Part shown: piece by piece, positions 27,438-35,728 of the stretch
How the letters are laid out: the number at the start of each line of letters is the position of its first letter
Numbering within the stretch: position 1 is the first letter of the stretch
Made by a program: the position numbers and the translations under genes
Source: Candidatus Sulfopaludibacter sp.
Lineage (GTDB): Bacteria; Verrucomicrobiota; Verrucomicrobiia; Limisphaerales; UBA11358
Direction: 5' to 3'
Length of the DNA: 64,000 bases
NCBI GenBank assembly: GCA_035508155.1
Contig: DATJNM010000060.1
Coordinates: 40,542 to 104,541 of the forward strand
Notes under the pieces: generated by a model
The model's input: the letters and a program-made list of their open reading frames with translations, nothing else
Databases searched by the model: none
Told to the model about the DNA's origin: nothing

Positions 27438-28475
27438 GTGGTGGCTGACAATAACTCTGCCTTGACCAAGGGCATTAGATTTCGTAAGATCACTTGTAAA
27501 TCGAGAGAGACTGATATCATAAATCTATACTGGAAACCTACGAAAACGAGAATTCAGAAGTGGGCCTCCTTTGTTCCCAGAGCGGTGTGTGCGGAAGTGA
27601 TCATGCTATGGGTTGCAACCTTGTGTGCTCAAGCTCAATTCATCTATACTACGTTTAGTGTGTCAGGGGCAGTAGGCACTTACGCCAATAGTATTTCCGG
27701 TAATAACATCGTCGGGAGATATGCAACCGGGAGTACATGGTATGGTTTTATCTACAATGGGAGTGGGTGCACCACTTTGGACGTACCTGGATCAACATAT
27801 ACTTTTGCCTGGGGTATTTCCGGCAACAACATCGTGGGGTCTTACGGGGTTGCGAACGGTCCAGGTTACGGCTTCCTATACAATGGCAGCAGCTACACGA
27901 GCTTGAATGTGCCTGGGGCATCAATTACTGATGCCAATGGTATTTCCGGGAACAACATCGTGGGGGATTACTTTTTTAATAACGGCAGCATCTATGGTTA
28001 CAACGGTTTTCTTTACAATGGCAGCAGTTACACCACCATAGCCGTGCCGAGTGCAGGGAGCACCAGTGCCATGAGCATTTCTGGAAACAACATCGTTGGC
28101 GTGTATGGTGCCTACGGCAATGAGAACAATGCCTTTCTCTACAATGGCACAAGTTACACGACAATTGACGTTCCGGGAGCATCATCCACCTATGCTTACG
28201 GCATCTCGGGCAACGATGTCGTCGGGGCGTACTTTGACGGCACCACCTATCACGGTTTTCTCTACAATGGCAGCAGTTACACTACTTTGAACGTTCCGGG
28301 GGCCAGCTCCACTTCTGCCATCGGCATCGACGGAAACACTATCGTAGGGTATTGCTACATTGGGGGCGGCATTGAAAGTTTCATAGCGACCCCCGTTCCC
28401 GAACCGTCACTTTTGGCGCTGCTGATAGTTGGCGCAGGAACTCTTCTGTCTCGTCGTCGGTGTTGTGATCTGTAA
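27438..28475 (+). CDS. PEP-CTERM-anchored extracellular protein with HAF-like repeats
   Basis: About 5.5 repeats of A-x-G-I-S-G-N-N-I-V-G-x-Y...GFLYNGSSYTTL-x-VPGASST. The C-terminus PVPEPSLLALLIVGAGTLLSRRR is a PEP-CTERM sorting signal. The true start is uncertain (ATG 27603 or a nearby GTG is also possible). Confidence 0.8.
   Translation: MVADNNSALTKGIRFRKITCKSRETDIINLYWKPTKTRIQKWASFVPRAVCAEVIMLWVATLCAQAQFIYTTFSVSGAVGTYANSISGNNIVGRYATGSTWYGFIYNGSGCTTLDVPGSTYTFAWGISGNNIVGSYGVANGPGYGFLYNGSSYTSLNVPGASITDANGISGNNIVGDYFFNNGSIYGYNGFLYNGSSYTTIAVPSAGSTSAMSISGNNIVGVYGAYGNENNAFLYNGTSYTTIDVPGASSTYAYGISGNDVVGAYFDGTTYHGFLYNGSSYTTLNVPGASSTSAIGIDGNTIVGYCYIGGGIESFIATPVPEPSLLALLIVGAGTLLSRRRCCDL
27684..28395 (+). 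repeat. Tandem ~120-nt coding repeats (HAF-like units)
   Basis: The recurring DNA tatttccgg(c/t/g)aacaacatcgt(c/g)gg(g) and ta(c/t)aatggcagcagtta(c/t)ac correspond to the ISGNNIVG and YNGSSYT peptide blocks. This stretch is visibly lower in GC than its neighbours. Confidence 0.85.
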
Positions 28476-28520
28476 TGGTGACTCCGCTATCTCCTTGCCG
28501 CCTCACAGTTAGAAATGGTG

Positions 28521-30551
28521 TTAGGGGGCGGAGTCGGTCGTTTGGATTACAGGCAGCGTGGTCAGCCGCAAATGCGTCGAGCCGTACGGCACCAACGTCA
28601 TGGTCTCTGGCCGGCCCGCGCCGCGGAGCTCCGAGAGCAATGGCAGGCCGCGGGGCTCGCCGTAAGCAGCGCCGTTTGTTTCCCGCAACCAGCCTGGCAA
28701 TGAACAAAGCGGCAATTCCAACCGCACCGGCGTTTGGTCTTCCAGAAACGGATTGTCAGGCATCGCCGACTCGACAACCTCGATTTTTCCCGGATCGCTT
28801 TTTAATGACCGGCTGAAGCCGTAACGCCAGTCGCTTTGCGGCAGAAATTCGATTTCGGGGAAGCCTTGGATGTCGTGCCCTCCCAGGAGGGCTTTGATGT
28901 CCGGGGGATCGTTCGTGTGCTCAATGCGTTCCTCGGCAATCTTCAGTGAAAACACCAGCGGCCCGCGCGTGACGCAGACGGCCTGAGGCTTGAACCAGTC
29001 CTCGATCCGCACCGGCATCGGCAGCTCCAGGCTCACCACGTCGCCGTCATGGAACTCCCGGCGCAGCGATGCGAACGCCCCTGGCTTCAGCGACTCGTGC
29101 AAAGTCCGGCCGTTCACCCGGACCGTGGCGGCGTCGCACCATTGTGGAATGCGGAATTGAAAATTGAACGCAACCGGCCGGGCCATTTTGAACCGGAACA
29201 AGACGCGGTCGCGGAACGGGTAATCTGTTTCCTCGGTGCTGGTCACCGTCTGACCGTTGACCCTGGTCTTCACTTCGCTTGGCCCATAATAGACCGCGGC
29301 GAGGCCGCCGTCGTTCGCGCGCATCCACATGCGGATGACATAATTCGGCATCGCGCGGTTGATGTTGCCCGGACAGCATTCCACGTCGTGCGCCGCGCGG
29401 TAGGTCATGCGCGTGGACCAGTGCGGCGTGTGGCGGTTGGTGGCTGCGATCTCCGTCTGGTTCACGGCGGAAAAATATTGAAGCTGGCGGAAATTTTTTG
29501 TGACCGCGCCGGGCAGCGCGTTGAACGTGGCGCGCTCAATCAAATCGGCAAACCGCGCCTCCCCGGTCGCCATGAACAGATACCCCAGGCTCCATGACCA
29601 GTCCGTGATATCGCAGCTTTCGTGGACGGAATAAAACGCGGTTGGCTCCAGATGTTCCGAGCTGACGATGCCGCCGTCGGGCATGAGACTGTTGTCCAAA
29701 ACTTTCTCATAGGCGCGCCCCGCCAGATGCAGTGCCTCGCGGTTGCCGGTGTAACTGAACATCAGCGGCAAACATTTCAATTCCTCCGCCGCCGTGACGC
29801 CGTGTTCATGGAAAGGCGCCCGGCTCCGGATTTTGGCGATCGTGCAAAAGGAATTCGTGTCGTGCAAATAGCCGTCGTAAATTTTCCGGCATAAATCCAA
29901 GAGCCGCCCGTTACCCGTCAGTCCGTAAAGATAAAACGCCTCCTCGAAATTCGCGCCGTTCCGGCCGCCTTGGGCGATGGCGTCGGCGCTGGTCAGCAGC
30001 CAGTTTTCCAAGACTGCCGCCACGCGCGGGTCGCCGGTCGCGGAAAATTGCGCCATCAGCGCGCGGCCAACGACCGCGTTAGGCCAGCACCAATGGGAAC
30101 CGCCAAAATTGGTGCCGCTGGAGTGGTCGAGAATGTAATTCAGATTCGCATCGCGCCGCTGGCGGATTGCCGGATCGTTGACGAGCCAGCTCAACCGTGT
30201 CGTGGCATCCACAAAGTAACCGGATTGTTCGTAGGGCCACCAGTCCTTCCACGATTGGTTACGGACCGCCGGCGGCGGGATAACGCCCGCATACATGCAG
30301 GTGTCATACGGATAGGACATGTTTTCCGGATGGCCGGTCAGGCCTTGCGCCTGCTGTTCCAGCCATTGCCGAATCCAGCCACGCGGCTGGACCGAACCCA
30401 CGGGCAGTTCGGAGAACTGTGCGTAATACTTGACCTTGAATTGTCCCGGCTCCGGCGCGGCTGGCGCGGATGAAATCTGTGCCCGGTCGGCGCCGGCCAG
30501 CCCGAACAACAGAAGGGCAAGGACGAAGCGGCCGTTGGATTTCATTTTCAT
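28521..30551 (-). CDS. GH127/DUF1680-like glycoside hydrolase (beta-L-arabinofuranosidase family-like), secreted
   Basis: 676 aa with signal peptide MKMKSNGRFVLALLLFGLAGA. HESCDITDW and HDVECCPGNINRAMPNY resemble the Cys/Glu Zn-site segments of GH127 (read by eye). Confidence 0.7.
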   Translation of the reverse strand: MKMKSNGRFVLALLLFGLAGADRAQISSAPAAPEPGQFKVKYYAQFSELPVGSVQPRGWIRQWLEQQAQGLTGHPENMSYPYDTCMYAGVIPPPAVRNQSWKDWWPYEQSGYFVDATTRLSWLVNDPAIRQRRDANLNYILDHSSGTNFGGSHWCWPNAVVGRALMAQFSATGDPRVAAVLENWLLTSADAIAQGGRNGANFEEAFYLYGLTGNGRLLDLCRKIYDGYLHDTNSFCTIAKIRSRAPFHEHGVTAAEELKCLPLMFSYTGNREALHLAGRAYEKVLDNSLMPDGGIVSSEHLEPTAFYSVHESCDITDWSWSLGYLFMATGEARFADLIERATFNALPGAVTKNFRQLQYFSAVNQTEIAATNRHTPHWSTRMTYRAAHDVECCPGNINRAMPNYVIRMWMRANDGGLAAVYYGPSEVKTRVNGQTVTSTEETDYPFRDRVLFRFKMARPVAFNFQFRIPQWCDAATVRVNGRTLHESLKPGAFASLRREFHDGDVVSLELPMPVRIEDWFKPQAVCVTRGPLVFSLKIAEERIEHTNDPPDIKALLGGHDIQGFPEIEFLPQSDWRYGFSRSLKSDPGKIEVVESAMPDNPFLEDQTPVRLELPLCSLPGWLRETNGAAYGEPRGLPLLSELRGAGRPETMTLVPYGSTHLRLTTLPVIQTTDSAP

Positions 30552-30748
30552 CGCTGGACTGCAAATGCGGCGCCGGAGAACACGCGCGCCGTAATCACGA
30601 CGGACATCGGAACCAAGAACGACAATTTAACCGATTTCGCAAGGGAGTGTGGCTTCATTGCTGGTGGCATGATAAACGGAATTGAGAACCTGACCAGCCC
30701 CCGAAAAACTGGGGGATTTGGTTTTTTTCGTGGCGAGAAAACCTCTGT

Positions 30749-33700
30749 TTGTTTCATAATGGATCCGTGCCTCCCGCCGCGAAACATTCTCTCCGCCAGC
30801 TGCTGTTGTTTCTCTGCCTGGCGCTGCCGACCTTTGCCGCGGCGGACGAGGATGATTCCGCCAGCCAGGACTACGTGGTCAAGGTCTGGGGTGCGGATAA
30901 CGGCCTGACCGAAAGTTCCGTTACCGACGTCGCGCAAACTCCGGAGGGCTATTTATGGGTCGGCACGCTTTTCGGCAGCGTGCTGCGATTCGACGGCACG
31001 AGCTTTGTCAGGTATAACTCGGCCAACACGCCGGAATTTTCCCAGAAATGGGGTGTCCCCCGGCTGATGGTGGACCAGGAAGGGACACTTTGGATCAGCA
31101 TGGTGGACGGCGGCATGACCACTTGGGACAAGCGCGGTTTCAGCTCGGTCTTCAACAGCACGAACCGTCCCGACCGCTTGTTATGGTCGGCGCCCGGCAG
31201 GGTCATTTTTATCTATGCCAATGGGAAGCTGCTGTCCGGGCAGAAAGCCCGCGAACAGTGGAACTGGCAGACCGTGACGTTACCGGACGTATTGCCGCAA
31301 GGTCAGCAATGCGCCGATGCCGAGGGCCGGATTTGGTATTTACAAAGTGAAAATAAAATCGGGGTCTGGAACGGCAGGGGAACCAATACACCCGCTCAGA
31401 CAAGCGAGTTGGAAGACCAGACGATCAACGTGCTGGCCGCGGACGAGGAGGGCCGGATCTGGATCGGCACCGATCGCTCCCTGGCCGTCTGGCAAACGAA
31501 CCATTTTGAGGCAATGACGCCGACCAACGGCGAGGCGGTGCTGAATGTGCAGGGAATTATTCCGTCCGGCGGCGGCAACCTTTGGGTGGAGGCCAACAAC
31601 CGAATGCGCCGCTGCGCCGGTCGGCGATGGCTGGCGGAGTCGGACGGCTGGAACCGCGAGCTTGCCGGGAGGACTTCGTTGCAATTTGTGCACGGTGATC
31701 GGGAAGGTGGTTTGTGGGCCGGCGCCGGCAATTTGGGATTAATCCATGTTGCCGCGGATGGCGCGTTCCAGCGACTGACCACGCGGGACGGATTGCCCAG
31801 CAATGTGATCCGCTTTGCCTATGAGGACCGCGATGGAAACATCTGGACGGGTTACGACCGGGGCGGCCTGGTGGAAGTGCGGCGGCGGCTCTTTCGGGTC
31901 ATCGGAAAGAGCCAAGGCCTGGGCGACAGCCTGATCAACAGCGTGTGTGAAGACATTCACGGCGGCGTTTGGATCGGCACGCACAGCGGCATGGTGGGCC
32001 ATTACGAGAATGGCGTCTGCACGAACATCGTATTGCCGGAACCGGCGCGCACGCAGGACAGTTGCATTGCGGCTGACGCGCGCGGCAGGGTGTGGATTGG
32101 CGGACAGGGGATCGGGCTGTTGAGGTGGGAGAACGAACAGTTGCGGCCAATCGCCACGGAGACGCAACTGGGTGGTTATCCGCGTCTGCTGTTGCCGGGC
32201 CGGGATGACCGGCTTTGGGTTGGAACCATTTGGTCCATCATCTGCGTCACCAACGGAAATCTCGCCTTTGATTACACCACGCAATCAGCGGGTGGTCATC
32301 CGACGGCACTGGCGGAAGCGGCGGACGGCACGATTTGGGCGGGAACCCTGGATGGTCTTCTTTTGCGCTGGGACGGCAAACAATTTGTCCCGCTGGCGCC
32401 GCCGGACCGGAATTCACTGGGACGAATCTGGGCGTTGTGGGCGGCGCCCGACAACAGCCTGTGGGCGGGAACCGAGGAAGGCGGTTTGTTGCACTTGAGC
32501 GATGGCAAATTCTTCCGCTACACCACAAAAAATGGAATGCCCTCGGACAGCGTCGTTCAGATTCTGAGCGACGCCCAGGGCAACTTGTGGCTCGGAACGC
32601 GCGCGGGCATTGCGCGCATCCCGGTTGACGCGCTGGCGCAATTCGAGCGTGGCCAATTGAACGTGCTGCCGGTGAGCGTTTACGGGCTGTCGGACGGGTT
32701 GCCGACGATTGCCAGCGCGATCATCTACCAGCCAAACTGCTGGCGCGGGCAGAACGGCACCCTATTTTTCGCCATGGCCAACAGCGTGGCGATGGTCAAT
32801 CCGGAGGAAGTTCACCTCAATCTTTTGCCGCCAACGGTGGTGCTGGAAGAAATATGGTCCGATGACAAACGGGTTTGGCCGGAAAACGTCGGCGCGGTCG
32901 TGACGGCTCCCGAAACCGCTGAAGGCCACTCCTCCGCCACGCCCGCCATCAAGGTCGGGCCCGGTCGCGGGGACCTGGAATTTCAGTACACCGGATTGAG
33001 CCTTGGTTCATCGGCGCGTGTCCGCTTCAAATACCGTCTGGCTGGACTGGAAAGCGACTGGAACGAGGCCGGGCGGGAACGAAAAGCCATCTACCGCCAC
33101 GTCCCGCCGGGCCGGTATGTTTTTCAAGTCATGGCGTGCAACAGTGATTCGGTGTGGAGCGACGACACGGCCTTGCTGGCGGTGAGGGTGGTTCCATTTT
33201 TCTACCAGACAGCCTGGTTCAAAGGTGGCGCGGGGCTGCTGGTGGTGGCGGGTTTATCCTTCGCCGTGGCGGTCGCCGTGCGCCGGCGGATGCGCCTGCG
33301 GCTGGAACGTTTGAAAAGCCAGCACGCGTTGGAACGGGAGCGGTCGCGCATCGCCCGGGATTTGCACGACGATCTCGGCGCGGGCCTGACTGAAATTGGT
33401 TTGCTGGGCGGAATGCTCCGGGACCCGGCGCGGCTCCCGGCGCACAAGGAGGAGGCGCTGAACCGGATCGTCGGCCGCAGCCACGAGTTGGTCATGGCGC
33501 TGGACGAAATTGTGTGGGCGGTCAACCCGCGGAACGACTCGGTGAATTCGCTCGGTGGCTATCTCTGCCGCTACGCGCAGGGCTTTCTGGAGCCGACGGC
33601 CATCCGCTGCCGTTTGGAAATGCAGGAAACAGAACCGGATCAGCCGCTGAATTCGGAGCAAAGACACAATCTTTTCCTGGCTTTCGAGGAGGCCTTGACC

Positions 33701-33961
33701 AACGTCGTCAAACATTCCGGAGCGACCGAAGTCCGCGTTAAAATCTCCGTCGAGAAGGAAAGCTGTCTGTTCATCAGCATCGAAGACAACGGACGCGGCC
33801 TGTCGCCGACCGTCAGGGGAGACGCCGACGGCTTGATCAACTTGCAGCAACGAATGGCCCGGATCGGCGGCCGGTGCGAGATTGTCAACCGGGCGGCGGG
33901 TGGCGTTTCCGTCAGCTTTGGCCTGCCGCTGGCCGCGCGGCGGCCCCGGCGGAGTGGTTAG
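30749..33961 (+). CDS. Sensor histidine kinase with periplasmic beta-propeller repeats + Y_Y_Y domain, HisKA_3 and HATPase domains
   Basis: Repeated propeller units (YLWVGT, IWIGTD, LWAGT, IWAGTLDGL, LWLGTRAGI). Y_Y_Y-type segment LEFQYTGLSL...RFKYRLAGLESDWNE...PPGRYVFQV. One TM helix. H-box ERSRIARDLHDDLGAGLT. ATPase NVVKHSGAT...DNGRG. The start is TTG 30749 or GTG 30767. Confidence 0.9.
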   Translation: MFHNGSVPPAAKHSLRQLLLFLCLALPTFAAADEDDSASQDYVVKVWGADNGLTESSVTDVAQTPEGYLWVGTLFGSVLRFDGTSFVRYNSANTPEFSQKWGVPRLMVDQEGTLWISMVDGGMTTWDKRGFSSVFNSTNRPDRLLWSAPGRVIFIYANGKLLSGQKAREQWNWQTVTLPDVLPQGQQCADAEGRIWYLQSENKIGVWNGRGTNTPAQTSELEDQTINVLAADEEGRIWIGTDRSLAVWQTNHFEAMTPTNGEAVLNVQGIIPSGGGNLWVEANNRMRRCAGRRWLAESDGWNRELAGRTSLQFVHGDREGGLWAGAGNLGLIHVAADGAFQRLTTRDGLPSNVIRFAYEDRDGNIWTGYDRGGLVEVRRRLFRVIGKSQGLGDSLINSVCEDIHGGVWIGTHSGMVGHYENGVCTNIVLPEPARTQDSCIAADARGRVWIGGQGIGLLRWENEQLRPIATETQLGGYPRLLLPGRDDRLWVGTIWSIICVTNGNLAFDYTTQSAGGHPTALAEAADGTIWAGTLDGLLLRWDGKQFVPLAPPDRNSLGRIWALWAAPDNSLWAGTEEGGLLHLSDGKFFRYTTKNGMPSDSVVQILSDAQGNLWLGTRAGIARIPVDALAQFERGQLNVLPVSVYGLSDGLPTIASAIIYQPNCWRGQNGTLFFAMANSVAMVNPEEVHLNLLPPTVVLEEIWSDDKRVWPENVGAVVTAPETAEGHSSATPAIKVGPGRGDLEFQYTGLSLGSSARVRFKYRLAGLESDWNEAGRERKAIYRHVPPGRYVFQVMACNSDSVWSDDTALLAVRVVPFFYQTAWFKGGAGLLVVAGLSFAVAVAVRRRMRLRLERLKSQHALERERSRIARDLHDDLGAGLTEIGLLGGMLRDPARLPAHKEEALNRIVGRSHELVMALDEIVWAVNPRNDSVNSLGGYLCRYAQGFLEPTAIRCRLEMQETEPDQPLNSEQRHNLFLAFEEALTNVVKHSGATEVRVKISVEKESCLFISIEDNGRGLSPTVRGDADGLINLQQRMARIGGRCEIVNRAAGGVSVSFGLPLAARRPRRSG

Positions 33962-34034
33962 GGAGGCACAACCGTTTCGCGGATTTATTCAGCCATCGGT
34001 TGTCCGGTTAAAATCGTTTTGGTAATAAAAGAAA

Positions 34035-34670
34035 ATGATCACCGTGGCGATAGTCGAGGATGACGCGGGCATACGCCGCAGTCTGGAATGGCTGCTGAAA
34101 TCGTCGGCGGAATTTTCGTGCGTCGCGGCCTGCAGGAACACCGAGGAGGCGCTTCGCCTCCTGCCGAAGACCGCGCCGGATGTCATTCTCATGGACATCA
34201 ATCTGCCCGACCGCTCGGGCATCGAATGCACCGCGCGCATCAAGGAGCTGCTGCCTTCGGCGCAGGTGGTGATGATCACGGTTTATGACGACGCCGAAAA
34301 AGTGTTTAACTCGCTGCGCGCCGGGGCGAGCGGCTACATCCTCAAACGAGCAACGCCGGAGCGGATCTCCCAGGCGATCCGGGAGGTCCACGCCGGTGGG
34401 GTGCCGATGTCGAGCGAGATTGCGCGCAAGGTCCTGGGCGTATTCCGCGAGCCGGCGCCTGCGCCGGCGGAGGATCAGAATCTTTCCCGGCGGGAACAGG
34501 AGGTGCTGGAACTGCTGTCCCAGGGCTGCGCGAACAAGGAAATTGCGGACAAACTTTCCATCAGCATCGAAACGGTAACCTGGCATCTGCGGCATATTTA
34601 CGCCAAGCTGCACGTCCGCTCGCGCACGCAGGCGGCCTTGAAATTTCTCGGCCAACGGAAAGGCTCGTAA
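34035..34670 (+). CDS. NarL/LuxR-family response regulator (REC + LuxR HTH)
   Basis: REC: ITVAIVEDDAGIR...DVILMDINLPDRSGIE...GASGYILK. HTH: LSRREQEVLELLSQGCANKEIADKLSISIETVTWHLRHIYAKLHV. Confidence 0.92.
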   Translation: MITVAIVEDDAGIRRSLEWLLKSSAEFSCVAACRNTEEALRLLPKTAPDVILMDINLPDRSGIECTARIKELLPSAQVVMITVYDDAEKVFNSLRAGASGYILKRATPERISQAIREVHAGGVPMSSEIARKVLGVFREPAPAPAEDQNLSRREQEVLELLSQGCANKEIADKLSISIETVTWHLRHIYAKLHVRSRTQAALKFLGQRKGS

Positions 34671-34697
34671 GCTTCCGCGCCGACAGCCGCCTCCAGG

Positions 34698-34744
34698 CCC
34701 CAGTTTTTGGGGGCTGGCCAGTTCGAGAACTTCTCGCGTAAATT
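34698..34744 (+). promoter_or_regulatory. Conserved 24-nt element copy 1 + -10-like box (candidate regulated promoter)
   Basis: CCCCAGTTTTTGGGGGCTGGCCAG (34698-34721), then 17 nt, then TAAATT (34739-34744). The ATG of the prepilin-like gene is at 34752. Confidence 0.5.
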
Positions 34745-34751
34745 AGAATGG

Positions 34752-35618
34752 ATGAACCCGCATCAGAAGAACCGCGGGGGTGCATTCCCCGGGGCATTTT
34801 CCCGCCACGTTTCCTTGCGAAGCCGCGAAACCACGGGGTCAGCGTTCACGCTCATCGAGCTGCTGGTCGTCATCGCCATCATCGCCGTTCTGGCGGCAAT
34901 GCTGCTGCCCGCTTTGAGCGCAGCCAGGGAAAGGGCGCAGTCAACCTACTGCCGGAACAATCTTGAGCAGTTGCAGTTGGCGATTGAAATGTACGCCGAT
35001 GACAACAAGCAGAAATTTCCCGACAACGCCGGAGCCACCATCAGCTACCAAGCCTGGGTCACCGGCAATATGAGTTGGGATTTGCCGCCGAATTTTCCAA
35101 GCACGGAAAACACCAACACGACCTATCTGACCGCCGGCGAGATCGGTCGGTATGTGGCCAAGAACGTCAAAATTTTCAAGTGCCCGGCGGACATTTATCG
35201 CGGTCGTTGGGGGCCGCGGGTGCGGAGCTACGCCATGAACGGTTTCGTGGGCGACACGTCGGATTTCAACGGCAAGGATAATCCCGGCTGGCGCAGATAT
35301 TTAAAAACCGGCGACTGCATCAGCCCCGGCCCGTCGAAAACGTGGGTGTTGATTTGCGAATGCCCGGATAGCATTGACGATGATTATTTCAAGATGCCCA
35401 TGCAGGGAGGTTCCGCCGCCAACTGGGTCGAGCTGCCGGCTTCGACTCATGCCGGGGCAGCCGGCTTGTCGTTTGCCGATGGCCACGCGGAGACGAAGCA
35501 ATGGCTCGACGCCAACTCCAAAGCGCCCGTCCGCAGGGTACATCCTTGTCCCGACTTCGGGAAGAATTCGCCCGACGATATGGCCTGGCTGCAACAACGG
35601 ACCAGCAGTCAACAGTAA
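34752..35618 (+). CDS. Prepilin-type N-terminal cleavage/methylation domain protein, H-X9-DG family (pseudopilin-like)
   Basis: [32 protein letters not shown] is a class III signal / N-methylation motif. The C-terminal [13 protein letters not shown] fits H-X9-DG exactly. Start taken at ATG 34752; the track TTG 34707 lies inside the upstream element. Confidence 0.88.
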   Translation: MNPHQKNRGGAFPGAFSRHVSLRSRETTGSAFTLIELLVVIAIIAVLAAMLLPALSAARERAQSTYCRNNLEQLQLAIEMYADDNKQKFPDNAGATISYQAWVTGNMSWDLPPNFPSTENTNTTYLTAGEIGRYVAKNVKIFKCPADIYRGRWGPRVRSYAMNGFVGDTSDFNGKDNPGWRRYLKTGDCISPGPSKTWVLICECPDSIDDDYFKMPMQGGSAANWVELPASTHAGAAGLSFADGHAETKQWLDANSKAPVRRVHPCPDFGKNSPDDMAWLQQRTSSQQ

Positions 35619-35678
35619 CCATTGAAGCGGGACGACGGAAGAGTTTGCGAGTCACGGGAACGTTCGGCGGCTGGATTA

Positions 35679-35725
35679 CCCCAGTTTTTTGGGGCTGGCC
35701 AGATTGAATCCACTGCGCATAATTA
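35679..35725 (+). promoter_or_regulatory. Conserved 24-nt element copy 2 + -10-like box
   Basis: CCCCAGTTTTTTGGGGCTGGCCAG (35679-35702), then 17 nt, then TAATTA (35720-35725). TTG is at 35729 and ATG at 35732. Confidence 0.5.
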
Positions 35726-35728
35726 AGG

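Noticed and set aside
28480-28535. 8-bp inverted repeat GACTCCGC/GCGGAGTC between the convergent PEP-CTERM and GH127 genes, considered as a bidirectional terminator.
   Set aside because: The stem is short with a 40-nt loop. The right arm lies inside the GH127 coding sequence, and there are no flanking T/A tracts. This is too weak to call.
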